DNA of 61,618 bases, counting the filler. It is 6 parts of 6 records of this genome, joined end to end, with 100 filler letters (N's around TTAATTAATTAA, not from the genome) between each part and the next. Parts side by side here need not be neighbours in the genome. Positions count along the whole stretch, not along the records: positions 32,678 to 57,991 come from SRR20825010_7035; 5 more parts are not named here. The stretch is one strand, 5' to 3'. Made by a program: the position numbers and the translations under genes. Below the pieces are notes generated by a model that made no database searches, had not been told where the DNA came from, and saw nothing but the letters and a program-made list of their open reading frames with translations. Each line of letters begins with the position of its first letter. Within the stretch, counting starts at the first letter, position 1. Positions 40,868 to 52,969 of the stretch are shown here, in pieces.

Positions 40868-41114
40868 TGCTAACCCCTTGGCGGTGCCTGTGGTGGGCAC
40901 TGTTCTTGTTTGTGCAATGCGCAAGGTGTCGTGCGAATGGGTGGCACGATCGTACACATTGATTGGTACAAGTGTGCACATTAATCAGGGGGCGGTGCTG
41001 TAGCGTTATTGTCAGTATTGGTGACAGTTTCTTTTCATAGGGATACAAAACGGCAAAGCCGGATGGGCCGGACATTGCCGTTTTCAGGGATCAGGGGAGG
41101 GATTGTGCAGGGTG

Positions 41115-42746
41115 TCAGGCCGCCTGGCTGGGGGTGTGAGCGGTGGTGGGGCCGTCCAGCGGGCGGGTCAGATAGCCGAGTATCAGGGTGGCTACGTCCA
41201 CATTGGGTTGGTAGTGGAGAAACAGCCCGCCCAGGGTGCCGAAGACCCGGGCCAGCATGATGAAATCGCCGGGCAGGCTCTGTACCGGGTCATGTTCCAG
41301 CTGGCCGAGCAGTCCGCTGACCTGCTGCATCATGGCTTCTGGGCTGGGCCAGCCGGCCTGCTGATCGGGATTGATAATGGCATCGCGGACCTGGTCGAGC
41401 ACGGCAGACACGAATGCCAGCAGGGTGGCCGGATCGCCGCTGCGGGTGACAAAGCCCAGGGCGGTGAGGGTGTCGGCGATGACGGTTTCATCACCCACGA
41501 TGCAAGCCTGCAGAACCCGGAAGTAACCCCGGCGAGCGTTGTCGGTAAGTGCTTGCGCGCAGCCGAAATCCAGCAGCACCAGTGTGTTGTCCGGGGTGAT
41601 CATGATATTGCCGGGGTGCGGGTCTGCATGAAACAGGCCGCCGTGCAGTACCTGGCTGAACCAGGCATCCAGCAGCGTACTGAGCAGGGCGCTGACCCGG
41701 TCTGGATCCGTGTCTTTCAGCCGGTCCAGGGTCAGGGTGAGCTTCTCGCCCTGAATGAATTCGGTGGTGAGCACATGGCGGCTGCTGCGCTCGGCCACAA
41801 GTGCCGGCACCTGAATCCCGGGGATGGCCGCGAGCTGTCGGCCAATATCTGTCATGACCCGGGCTTCACGCTGATAGTCCAGTTCTTCGCGAACGGTGCG
41901 TTGGATTTCGTTGACGATGGTGTCGATATCCATGGGCGGCAGGGCGGATTTAACCGCATCCATAAAGACCTTGAGCAGGGTCATGTCCAGTTCGACTACA
42001 TCATCCAGCCCCGGGCGCTGCACTTTGACCGCCACTTCGCGGCCGTCGTGCAAGCGGGCGCGGTGCACCTGGCCGATACTGGCAGCGGCCAGGGGCTGGG
42101 GGTCCACATGGGCAAACAGCGTCTCCAGTGGCTGGTTGAACTCCTGCTCCAGTACTGCCGCAATGTCGGCAAAGGCCACCGGGCTGGCCTGGTCCTGCAA
42201 TACGGCCAGTTCATCCACCCAGGCTTGGGGCAGCAGATCCGGACGGCTGGAGAGCAGCTGGCCGATTTTCAGGAAGGCACCGCCTTGCTCCAGGGAAGTG
42301 TCACGAAAACGTTTGGCGTTGCGCTTATGCAGGTTCGCCAGCGCGGCGTCGCGCATGCTGCCGGGCAGGAACGCGGCCCTGGTGCCCCACAGGCGGTAGC
42401 TGGCGACGACCTTGGTGAGCATCCAGCCGGTTTTGGTCAGGCGCTTGAGACGTGCGGGCCAGCGTCGGGCTTCGTCGGCGAGCAGCTGCATTTCTTCGTT
42501 CATCGCGCTGGCACCACGGGTGACTGCCTTACAGGCAGTCATGGCCTGGTCGGCGATCTCCCGGCCTTGCCAGGCGGTTTTCTCGATGGCCTTGATGCAA
42601 CCCTCGACCACGGCAATCCAGGCTTTCAGTCCGCTGTCTTGCTGTTTGCGTTCGGCAAAGTCGTTGAGCGGTTGCCAGTTCGGTACCTGGTCCGGCTGCG
42701 GCTGAGCAGGCTGGATAGTGGTGTTTTGCGCTGATGTGGCTCGCAT
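41115..42746 (-). CDS. ABC1/AarF/UbiB-family atypical kinase
   Basis: LKIGQLLSSRPD, AAASIGQVH, VAVKVQRPG, FHADPHPGN, LLDFG. Confidence 0.95.
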   Translation of the reverse strand: MRATSAQNTTIQPAQPQPDQVPNWQPLNDFAERKQQDSGLKAWIAVVEGCIKAIEKTAWQGREIADQAMTACKAVTRGASAMNEEMQLLADEARRWPARLKRLTKTGWMLTKVVASYRLWGTRAAFLPGSMRDAALANLHKRNAKRFRDTSLEQGGAFLKIGQLLSSRPDLLPQAWVDELAVLQDQASPVAFADIAAVLEQEFNQPLETLFAHVDPQPLAAASIGQVHRARLHDGREVAVKVQRPGLDDVVELDMTLLKVFMDAVKSALPPMDIDTIVNEIQRTVREELDYQREARVMTDIGRQLAAIPGIQVPALVAERSSRHVLTTEFIQGEKLTLTLDRLKDTDPDRVSALLSTLLDAWFSQVLHGGLFHADPHPGNIMITPDNTLVLLDFGCAQALTDNARRGYFRVLQACIVGDETVIADTLTALGFVTRSGDPATLLAFVSAVLDQVRDAIINPDQQAGWPSPEAMMQQVSGLLGQLEHDPVQSLPGDFIMLARVFGTLGGLFLHYQPNVDVATLILGYLTRPLDGPTTAHTPSQAA

Positions 42747-42876
42747 CGGGACGGGCCCTCCACAGATTTTGTGTATAAGTGTTCACAAAATACTGTGAAG
42801 ATGCAAAGGGGGCAAGCCAAATGTCAGCATGGGGGATTTATTGTTTGACAATGCGCCGCGATGCCGGGGTTAGGCC

Positions 42877-44064
42877 CTATGAAAGGGCCCTGACCAGCAT
42901 GGCGACCAGCTCTGTCTGTTTGCGGTAGCCATTTTTGGCCAACAGATTTTTGATGTGTTGGCGAGCTGTGTGAACAGATATGCCGTTTTTGTCGGCGATT
43001 TCGGTGGCGTTTAAGCCGTGAATCAGTTCGGTGGCGATGCCCGCTTCTGCCGGCGTGCACTGAAACAGCGACTGCAGCTTGCCCAGATCCGGTTCCATCG
43101 TGCTGTCGTAGCGAAACAGTTCGGCAAGCACGCCGTTATGCTCTTTTTTCTCGGCGATCAGAGGAGTCAGGCAGATGGCGATGCGCTCGTGGCGGTTATC
43201 CACGAACAGGGTTTGGGTGGCGGGGGTGCCCTTCTGGGAATGAATGAGGCAAGTGGTGATGGCGTCGCTGAGTTTGCGATTCAGGCGGGAGTCCTTGCAC
43301 TGCAGTCGCTGGTTGTCTGAAATGCTCAGGGTGTCACTGTGGGCGAGCAAATCCAGGGCGTTATTGTTGGCCTGGGCAATGGTGGCCAGGGCGTTGAATA
43401 CCACCATGGGTTTGTTCACATGGTTGAGGGCCAGGGCCAGACTTTCGTTATTGCTGCGTGACTGGTAGAGCTTGAAGTGGAGGCTGACGGCGTTTTCCAC
43501 GTGGGCAGCCAGCAGGTTCATTTGCAGGATTTCATGGTCTGTGTAGGGGCCAAAATCCCGGTGCCGGTTGGCAAGGAAGACCACATTGTTGTCATCCTGG
43601 CGACTGACGAGCATGCCGGCGCTGTCGCCCATGCCCACGGCTTCTGCCCAGGCACGGCTTTCTGCGCTCAGCATGTCGAGGATGGTGTTGCCGGTATCGC
43701 CGCGCAGGAATGAATCGAACTGACGTGGTGGCAGGGCTTCGTAACGAGCGAGGGCTTCATCCCGCTCGGGCAGATCACTGTTGATGTACCACTCTTCAAA
43801 GCCCTCGGGATAGCCGAAAGTCCAGCCATAGATCATGCGGCGGGGGTTGCTGCTCAAGCCGAGGATGCCCCCCTGGAGGGCGTTGAAGTGGGCCTGAAAG
43901 GCATCGAAAAACGGTTGGAACCCTTGGCTGGAATGCAGGCAGCCATAGAGGGTGGAAACTAACTGGTTGAAGCGGTACAGCTCATCGTGGCTAAGCGTCG
44001 GCGCCAGCGGGTCCGAAACCTGCTGCTCCTGGGGTTTGATCAATGTGATGGTGTTGGAAGGCAT
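42877..44064 (-). CDS. GAF/PAS + LuxR-HTH transcriptional regulator
   Basis: C-terminal TPAEA..GL...EIA...GIS.HTARQHIKNLLAK...KQTELV. Confidence 0.85.
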   Translation of the reverse strand: MPSNTITLIKPQEQQVSDPLAPTLSHDELYRFNQLVSTLYGCLHSSQGFQPFFDAFQAHFNALQGGILGLSSNPRRMIYGWTFGYPEGFEEWYINSDLPERDEALARYEALPPRQFDSFLRGDTGNTILDMLSAESRAWAEAVGMGDSAGMLVSRQDDNNVVFLANRHRDFGPYTDHEILQMNLLAAHVENAVSLHFKLYQSRSNNESLALALNHVNKPMVVFNALATIAQANNNALDLLAHSDTLSISDNQRLQCKDSRLNRKLSDAITTCLIHSQKGTPATQTLFVDNRHERIAICLTPLIAEKKEHNGVLAELFRYDSTMEPDLGKLQSLFQCTPAEAGIATELIHGLNATEIADKNGISVHTARQHIKNLLAKNGYRKQTELVAMLVRALS

Positions 44065-44252
44065 GGGCTTTTCCCCCCGGAAAAAAGCCGACACTGGCTC
44101 GCGCCAGGATGACAGGCGGCTTCGCCATTATCCTTGTCTATCGGTTTGGTTGTATAGATCGAATATGTGTTCGTTAGCGTGTTATATCGTAGACAAGGGC
44201 GCAAGCACATTGACCGGTTAAAGGATGCCGTTAGTCTTTTGGACACTTGCGG

Positions 44253-46205
44253 TTAGCCTCCCAGCAAGCGCACTTCAGCGGCTTCCACGGCCTCCAGCGG
44301 GCCGTAGAGAATCACGGTATCTCCCTGTTCCAGTATCAGGTCTTCGTCCGGGCTTTCGCGGGTTTGCTCGGCGCGCTTTACGGCGCGAATTTCCACGTCA
44401 CGCAGGGCGCATTCACGGATACTCCGGCCGATGCTGCGGGCTTTTTCGCTGAGGGTCACGGCGTGCAGTAGCCGGTACGGGTTGCCAGCGCTGTCGGTGG
44501 TTGGAAAGGAGTCGCCGTGGTAGTAGCCCTGCAGCATGCGATAGCGATCGCGGCGGGTCTTGCGCAGCATGGCCAGTACCCGTTCAAAGGGGACGTCCAG
44601 CATCATCAGGGCATGGGCCACCAGCATCAGGGAGGCTTCCAGCACCTCGGGTACGACCTCGGCGGCACCGGCTGCCGTGAGCGCATCCAGGTGGGTGTCG
44701 TCTCGGGTGCGTACCAGCACCCGGACGTCGCTGTTGAGATCCCGACAGGTGTGGATGATCCGTTCTGCCAGGCGCGCGTCGTCGAATGTCACCACCAGCA
44801 AGCGGGCGCGGTGAATGCCCGCCCGTTCGAGAATATCCTTGCGGCTGGCATCGCCAAACAGGATGTGTTCGCCGGCGGCACTGGCTTCTTGCAGGCGGAC
44901 CAGGTCCATATCCACCGCCACCGCATGGTGATGGAAACGGTTCAGGTAGCGCATCAGGTTCTGGCCCACCCGGCCATAGCCGCACAGGATGACATGGCCG
45001 GTGATGTCATCGGATACCGTGCTGTCCTTGGGGACTTCCATCCAGGGACGCAGCAGGCGACGGCTGAGTTTGCCGCTGTGTTGCAGCAGGGCGGGGGTCA
45101 CCGCCATGGTGAGGACGGTGATGGACACCAGCAGGCCGGCTTTGCCCGGCGACATGACCTGGTGAGACACCGCCAGGGCGACCAGTACAAACCCGAACTC
45201 GCCACACTGTGAGAGGATAAGGCCACTGCGCGTGGCGGTGTCGGCAGGCTCCCCCAACAGGCGTAACAGGACAAAGATCAGCACCGCCTTGAACAGCATC
45301 AGCGAGACGGCAGCGAGGATGATCCAGTGCCACTGTTCGGCAAACAGGTTTGGGTCTACCAGCATGCCGACACTGATAAAGAACAGGCCGAGTAGCAGGT
45401 CGCGGAAGGGGCGCAGGTCCGCTTCGATTTGATGGCGGAAGTGGCTTTCGCCCAGCATCATGCCTGCCAGAAAGGCCCCCAGCGCCATGGAGAGCCCCAG
45501 CCAGTGCGTGACCCAGGCGGCGACCAGCGCCAGCAACAGGGCGGTCATCACAAACACTTCGTCGGAGCGGGCGCGGCCGGTTTCTTCCAGCAGCCGTGGC
45601 AGTATCCATTTCCCCACCACGTAAATGCCGGCGAACAGCAACAGGGATTTTCCCAGGGTGATGCCGGCCATGGTCCACAGGGCGTCGTCGTTGCTGTTAC
45701 TGATTACCGGCAACATCACCAGCATGATCACCGCCGCCAGATCCTGAAACAGCAAGATGCCGGTGGAGGCGCGACCGTAACCGGTATTGACTGCGCCGCG
45801 CCCGATCAGATCACGAATGACGATGGCGGTGGAGGACAGCGCCAGCGCCCCGGCGGTGATGCCGGCGGTCATGGGTTGAAAGCCCAGCAAACGCATGACT
45901 GCGAATACAGCCGCGCCGGTAAGAATGACCTGCAGTGGGCCGGCGCCGAACACAATGCGGCGCAAGGTCAGCAGACGGGGAATGGAAAACTCCAGCCCCA
46001 GGGTGAACAGCAAGAAAACGATGCCGAATTCCGCCAGATGCTGGATCCCTTCCACGTCGCTGATCCAGCCGAATCCGAAGGGGCCGGCGGCGAGACCGGA
46101 AAGCAGGTAGGCAAGAATCGGGGGCATGCCCAGACGACGAAACAGCACCACGGCGGCGACTGCGCTGCCGAGCAAAACCACAATAAGGGTCAGGGTGTCA
46201 TGCAT
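44253..46205 (-). CDS. CPA2/Kef-type cation:proton antiporter with RCK domains
   Basis: LAEFGIVFLLFTLGLEFS, LLFQD, GYGRVG, C-terminal TrkA-C domain. Confidence 0.93.
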   Translation of the reverse strand: MHDTLTLIVVLLGSAVAAVVLFRRLGMPPILAYLLSGLAAGPFGFGWISDVEGIQHLAEFGIVFLLFTLGLEFSIPRLLTLRRIVFGAGPLQVILTGAAVFAVMRLLGFQPMTAGITAGALALSSTAIVIRDLIGRGAVNTGYGRASTGILLFQDLAAVIMLVMLPVISNSNDDALWTMAGITLGKSLLLFAGIYVVGKWILPRLLEETGRARSDEVFVMTALLLALVAAWVTHWLGLSMALGAFLAGMMLGESHFRHQIEADLRPFRDLLLGLFFISVGMLVDPNLFAEQWHWIILAAVSLMLFKAVLIFVLLRLLGEPADTATRSGLILSQCGEFGFVLVALAVSHQVMSPGKAGLLVSITVLTMAVTPALLQHSGKLSRRLLRPWMEVPKDSTVSDDITGHVILCGYGRVGQNLMRYLNRFHHHAVAVDMDLVRLQEASAAGEHILFGDASRKDILERAGIHRARLLVVTFDDARLAERIIHTCRDLNSDVRVLVRTRDDTHLDALTAAGAAEVVPEVLEASLMLVAHALMMLDVPFERVLAMLRKTRRDRYRMLQGYYHGDSFPTTDSAGNPYRLLHAVTLSEKARSIGRSIRECALRDVEIRAVKRAEQTRESPDEDLILEQGDTVILYGPLEAVEAAEVRLLGG

Positions 46206-46298
46206 AACACTGCATTCCGAATGGTCGAAAGGGCAGTGTAGCAGCCCCCGATGTCGGGGGCAGTCTCGGTGTTTACCTGGCGAGTCCTGGAGAAAGCG

Positions 46299-47093
46299 TT
46301 AGTTGCAGCTAAAGCGGTAGCTGTCGTCCAGTGCCACCGGCAGTGTCAGCGAGCGAAAGCTCAGGCTGTTCATGTGCTGGCAGTGGATGTTGTGACCTTG
46401 CGGGTCCGATCCGTACAGGTAATCAATGTGCAGCACGGGTTTGCCGGCTTCAATAAATGGGGTCAGTAGGTGGCATTCCTGCCACTGGTGGCAGGATTCA
46501 TTCACCGCGAAGTCAGCGTATTCGACCAAGTCTTCAATCTGACCCAAATCGTTTTTCAGTGATACAGCCAGGCCGTGGTCGTGAGCGGTGTCGAACAGGA
46601 AGCGGTTGTAGTCCAGCTGGCTGTTATAGCTCAGCGGGAAACCGGTGCGGTTGCTGTAGCCATCCACATTGTCGGGGTCCACCCCGTCACAGCCTTTGCT
46701 GGCGGCCAGGGCAATGCGATCAGACATGATCGCGCGGACATTGATCGAGCGGGTATCGAGCCAGCGCTCCCCGGGCCAGTTACCCAGGCGACGCCCCTTG
46801 TCGGCAGCGGTAAAGCGGCCCTTGTCCTCGCGCCAGTTCTCGAAGGTGCCGGCGGAGAAATAACAGATTACCTTGCGGCCGCTGGCGTGTAAGTCGTCGA
46901 TGACATTCTGGGGCGTGTCGAACAGGTCAAGGATATACAGGTCGGCGGCGTAGCCGGTATTCGGGGAGCCTTGTAGCTGGATTTGCCAGTTGACGGTAGG
47001 TTCGGGCTGATACCACGGCTCTTGTGGCGTGATGTCGGCACTGGGAAACAGTCCAGAAAGCAGGGCGGAGACCAAGGGGAGTGACGCAGCCAT
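46299..47093 (-). CDS. GH114 endo-alpha-1,4-polygalactosaminidase
   Basis: WQIQL, VICYFSAG, WPGERWLD, KGCDGVDPDNVD, LKND, FAVNE.C. Confidence 0.88.
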   Translation of the reverse strand: MAASLPLVSALLSGLFPSADITPQEPWYQPEPTVNWQIQLQGSPNTGYAADLYILDLFDTPQNVIDDLHASGRKVICYFSAGTFENWREDKGRFTAADKGRRLGNWPGERWLDTRSINVRAIMSDRIALAASKGCDGVDPDNVDGYSNRTGFPLSYNSQLDYNRFLFDTAHDHGLAVSLKNDLGQIEDLVEYADFAVNESCHQWQECHLLTPFIEAGKPVLHIDYLYGSDPQGHNIHCQHMNSLSFRSLTLPVALDDSYRFSCN

Positions 47094-47229
47094 AGCAGTC
47101 GATCCTCATTATTTCTCTGCGATGGTAGGCGCTTTTTTACTACGAGGATGTGAGGATGTTCGGGTATTTTTGTAAGAAATAACGCCGGGATTGTAAGTCC
47201 CGGCTTACGAAGAAGTGTTGAGGCGTCTT

Positions 47230-48660
47230 TTACTGGGGGGTACGAATCACCAGCAGCCGTTCTTCGGTCATGTCGTTGATGGCCCAGCGGATGCCTTCGC
47301 GGCCCAGGCCGGAGTCCTTCACGCCGCCGTAGGGCATGTTATCTACCCGCCAGCTGGGTACATCGCCGATCACCACGCCGCCTACTTCCAGTTCGTCCCA
47401 GGCCTTGTGGGCCTTGTACAGGTCACGGGTGAAGATCCCGGCCTGCAAGCCAAACTTGGATTCGTTGACGGTGTTCAGGGCGTCGTCAAAATCACTGAAG
47501 CGACTGATCACGGCCACCGGGCCGAAGGCTTCTTCTTCCACGATGTTGGTGCCCTTGGGGGCATTTTCCAGCAGGGTGGCTTCGAGCATGGCGCCTTCGC
47601 GTTTGCCGCCCACCAGCAGGGTGGCCCCGGCGTCCACGGCTTCATTGACCCAGTTTTCCAGTCGGGTCGCTTCGCCTTCCGAGATCACCGGGCCGATAAA
47701 GGTGTCTTCGTCTTTCGGGTCACCCATTCTTAGGCCGGCAGTTTTTTCCACCAGGCGGGTTTTCAGTTCGTCGTAGATGGCATCGTGGATCAGGATGCGT
47801 TGTACGCCGATGCAACTTTGGCCGGACTGATAGAAAGCGCCGAAAGTGATGCGTTCCACGGCGTCGTCCAGGTCGGCATCTTCATCCACGATGACCGCCG
47901 CGTTGCCGCCCAGCTCCAGAATCACCGGTTTTTTGCCGGCACGGGCTTTCAGGTCCCAGCCCACGTCCGGGCTGCCGGTGAAGCTGAGCAGCTTGAAACG
48001 CTCATCAGTGGTGAACAGGTCGGCCCCTTCACGGTGGCAGGGCAGGATGGAAAACGCGCCCTTGGGCAGGTCGGTTTCTGCCAGCACTTCACCAATGATG
48101 ATGGCGCCGATGGGGGTGCGACTGGCCGGTTTGAGTACAAACGGGCAGCCGGCGGCGATGGCGGGCGCCACTTTGTGGGCGGCCAGGTTCAATGGGAAAT
48201 TGAACGGAGAAATAAACGAGCATGGGCCGATCGGTACACGCTTGACCATGCCACGGTAGCCTTTGGCACGGGCGGAAATTTCCAGGTTGGGCATTTCGCC
48301 GTCGATGCGCACGGCTTCTTCGGCGGCCACGCGGAAGGTGTCGATCAGGCGGCCCACTTCGCCACGGGCATCCTTGATCGGTTTGCCCGCTTCAATGCAC
48401 AGGGCCAGTGCCAGTTCTTCGTAACGCTCTTCAAAACGTTTCACGCAGTGGTACAAAATTGCCTGGCGCTCGTAGGGGGCCAGCTGAGCCATGGGTTTGG
48501 CGGCCTTGTCGGCGGCGTCGATGGCTTTATCAATGGTGGCGGCATCGGCCATGGCCACGCGGGTGGCCACTTCACCGCTGTATTTGTCGGTGACATCCAG
48601 ATCCTGGTTGGCGAAAACGGCTTCGTTGGCCAGGTAGTAAGGGTAGGCGTCTTTTAGCAT
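47230..48660 (-). CDS. Aldehyde dehydrogenase
   Basis: PFNFP, FTGS, LELGGN, GQSCI, EEAFGP. Confidence 0.95.
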   Translation of the reverse strand: MLKDAYPYYLANEAVFANQDLDVTDKYSGEVATRVAMADAATIDKAIDAADKAAKPMAQLAPYERQAILYHCVKRFEERYEELALALCIEAGKPIKDARGEVGRLIDTFRVAAEEAVRIDGEMPNLEISARAKGYRGMVKRVPIGPCSFISPFNFPLNLAAHKVAPAIAAGCPFVLKPASRTPIGAIIIGEVLAETDLPKGAFSILPCHREGADLFTTDERFKLLSFTGSPDVGWDLKARAGKKPVILELGGNAAVIVDEDADLDDAVERITFGAFYQSGQSCIGVQRILIHDAIYDELKTRLVEKTAGLRMGDPKDEDTFIGPVISEGEATRLENWVNEAVDAGATLLVGGKREGAMLEATLLENAPKGTNIVEEEAFGPVAVISRFSDFDDALNTVNESKFGLQAGIFTRDLYKAHKAWDELEVGGVVIGDVPSWRVDNMPYGGVKDSGLGREGIRWAINDMTEERLLVIRTPQ

Positions 48661-48715
48661 CTTGGTTCCTTAATGGCGTTTAGTGGGCCATGAGGCTGGG
48701 AGTGATCAATCGCCA

Positions 48716-48784
48716 GCTAGCACGCTCCACGCAACACGCTGGCATGCAACAAAGCATGGTGCGTGTCGCGTGCGGCGTGCCAGC
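48716..48784. repeat. Intergenic inverted heptamer repeat (REP-like)
   Basis: Arms 48716-48739 and 48761-48784 match 20/24 as inverted repeats and consist of CACGC-NN units. Confidence 0.6.
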
Positions 48785-48785
48785 G

Positions 48786-50426
<1,641 letters not shown>

Positions 50427-50783
50427 GACTCTTTGTCTCCAGTTGATCCCGTTGCCGGCTTGTGGCCGTGCGGGTTCCACGATGCGTGGTTAAAAATAAT
50501 CATCGCGGTTAATGCAAGGATGGTGCCGCTTTTTCCTTGTTCTGGTGCACAAAAGGCGCACTCAAAAGGTGCGACACCTCCATGTCGGGCTTCACTATAG
50601 CGCGCTCGGGGGGCAGGCCGGTATGGGGTTAACGAATCTGTTTCATTTAAAAATGTGATGATAAACCGCCGTGGGGATGGAAAGCCGGGGACAATCCCTC
50701 TTGTTCTCCCCGGAGCGGAAGGGCAGAGTCTGCGCAATAACAAACAATGGCGAAAATGCCGGGCCAGCAGTGAGAGAGAAGCT

Positions 50784-52493
50784 ATGAAGAAAACCGGATT
50801 GTGGGTATTGGTGGTCATCGTTGCCCTGATCGTGCTGGCCGTGGCAGGCGTGCATCGCTGGTTTAACCCGCCGGCGCCAGCGGCCCAGCTCTTTTTTAAT
50901 GGCACGGTACTGACCATGGACCCGCAACAGCCGGTGGTGGATGCCATGCTGGTGAAGCGGGGCGAGATTGTGGCGCTGGGCGAGGTAGAGGTGTTGCGCC
51001 AGCAGGCCAGTCGGGACGTTTCCGTGATCGACCTGGATGGCGGCACGGTAATGCCGGGGTTTATTGAAGCCCATGGGCATTTCCCCGGTGAAGGATTGTC
51101 TGCGGTGGCGGTGGATGCCAACAGTCCGCCGATTGGCGACTTGTACAGCATCGACACGCTGCTGGAGCGGTTACGTCTGCTGGCCCAGCGCCGCCCGGAT
51201 GGCATGCTGCTCGCTTATGGCTTTGATGACACCACCATCGGAGAGCAGCGCTACCCGACCCGGGCAGAACTGGATTCGGTGAGCAAGACGCGGCCGATCA
51301 TGGTGATGCATATTTCCGGGCATCTGGGCGTGGTTAATTCCGCTGCGCTGAGCAGCATGGGGATAAAGGAAGACGTTGAGGACCCGCCGGGGGGGTTCTA
51401 TGGCCGCGATGAAACCGGACGACTCAATGGTTTGCTGGCGGAAACCGCGTTTAACCCGGTGCGCAGCCAGGCGTTGGAACTGGCACCCATGGACGGTTTG
51501 CGGGTGTTGTCCCGGGCGTCGCATATCTATTTGTCGCGGGGGATTACCTTTGCCCAGAACGGTCTGGCAGACCCGGCGGCGGTTCGGGCGTTGAAGCCCG
51601 CGCTGCAGTTCGGCCTGATTCCGCTGCGCCTGAGTGTCTGGCCCAACGCCGATGCCGAGCAGCAGCGCCTGGCGGGGGATCTGACCCTTGTGCAAGGCGA
51701 CCGCGTTCATCTGGGCCCGGTCAAGCTGGTCAGTGATGGCTCCCTGCAGGGCTATACCGGGTTCCTGAGCGAGCCGTATTACACCTTGCCGGCGGATTAC
51801 CCGCCGGACTATCTGGGGTTCCCGACACTGTCCCAGGAGGCGCTCAGTGGCCAGGTAAAGCAGTTTCATTGCCGGGGACGCCAAGTGGCGGTGCATGCCA
51901 ACGGCGATGCGGCCATTGATCTGAGTCTGAATGCGATAGCCGGCGCGCGGGCAGCATGCCCGCAGGTGCAGGTGCAGCCGGTCTTGATTCATGCGCAGAT
52001 GGCGACCCCGGCACAATTGCAGCGGATGGTGGCGCTGGATGTGATCCCATCGTTCTTCAATACCCATGTGTATTACTGGGGCGATCGCCACCGGGATGTT
52101 TTTCTCGGGCCGGAACGGGCTCGCCGGATCAGCCCGCTGGCGCAAGCGGAGCAGGTCGGGTTGCGTTTTACCCTGCATGCGGATTCGCCGGTGGTGCCTT
52201 TTGAGCCGCTACAGCTGGTGTGGAATGCGGTGGAACGCAAGACGGCCTCCGGGGCCTTGCTGGGCCCGGATCAGGCCGTGGACGTGGAGCGGGCGCTGCA
52301 GGCGGTGACTGTGGATGCGGCCAGGCAGCTTGGGGTGGCCGATCAGGTGGGGCAATTGCGTACGGGGATGCGGGCGGACCTGGTCTGGCTGGATCGGGAC
52401 CCGCGGGAAGCGATTGGCGACTGGGCATCGATCCAGGTGTTGGGCACCTGGGTTGGCGGGGTTCGCCGTTACCCGGATGGGCAAGCGGACTAA
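50784..52493 (+). CDS. YtcJ-like amidohydrolase (Amidohydro_3), membrane-anchored or secreted
   Basis: PGFIEAHGH, KLVSDGS, HANGDAA, IHAQ, HADSPV; N-terminal TM segment. Confidence 0.9.
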   Translation: MKKTGLWVLVVIVALIVLAVAGVHRWFNPPAPAAQLFFNGTVLTMDPQQPVVDAMLVKRGEIVALGEVEVLRQQASRDVSVIDLDGGTVMPGFIEAHGHFPGEGLSAVAVDANSPPIGDLYSIDTLLERLRLLAQRRPDGMLLAYGFDDTTIGEQRYPTRAELDSVSKTRPIMVMHISGHLGVVNSAALSSMGIKEDVEDPPGGFYGRDETGRLNGLLAETAFNPVRSQALELAPMDGLRVLSRASHIYLSRGITFAQNGLADPAAVRALKPALQFGLIPLRLSVWPNADAEQQRLAGDLTLVQGDRVHLGPVKLVSDGSLQGYTGFLSEPYYTLPADYPPDYLGFPTLSQEALSGQVKQFHCRGRQVAVHANGDAAIDLSLNAIAGARAACPQVQVQPVLIHAQMATPAQLQRMVALDVIPSFFNTHVYYWGDRHRDVFLGPERARRISPLAQAEQVGLRFTLHADSPVVPFEPLQLVWNAVERKTASGALLGPDQAVDVERALQAVTVDAARQLGVADQVGQLRTGMRADLVWLDRDPREAIGDWASIQVLGTWVGGVRRYPDGQAD

Positions 52494-52569
52494 CGAGGGC
52501 AAGCGATGTGGCCCTCTGTGCGCAGAGCCCTTGCTCAGGTGCTCTGCGAAAGCGGTCTGCGCAGCGCTG

Positions 52570-52782
52570 CTAGTGCCAGGTCCCTTCCAGGTTCTCGCAC
52601 TGATCAAGGAATTCCTCGGCGCTCATTTCCACCGTATTCGGATCCAGATGTGACGCCACTTGCTCTTTCAGCTGCCCGACCACCTTGGACATGACCGTCA
52701 GGGTTTCTTCCACCTGCTCGATAGTTTCCAACAGGTCTTCGGCTTCTTGCTGGTAATCATCTCTGTCGTCGTAATCGCTCAT
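52570..52782 (-). CDS. Small acidic coiled-coil hypothetical protein (70 aa)
   Basis: AGGAGG RBS before MSDYDDRDD. Confidence 0.7.
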   Translation of the reverse strand: MSDYDDRDDYQQEAEDLLETIEQVEETLTVMSKVVGQLKEQVASHLDPNTVEMSAEEFLDQCENLEGTWH

Positions 52783-52969
52783 GCGAAGCCTCCTGCAGTT
52801 GGGATGAGCCCTGATACAGGCTCGTTCCCATGTTGCCAATGATGATGGCGTAAAACAAACGGCAATTCCCCGAAATTGATGAAAGTTTGAGCGTTGATGA
52901 TGAAAGGTCACAGGCCTTTCGCAAGCGGCATCCGGTGATGTTGTACGCGCCAGCGGCTGGGGGGCAGCA

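Noticed and set aside
41103-42734. 543-aa ORF exactly antisense to the ABC1 kinase
   Set aside because: Shadow ORF caused by codon bias; the same applies to 7328-8653, 22405-24264, 38357-39724 and 48867-50600.
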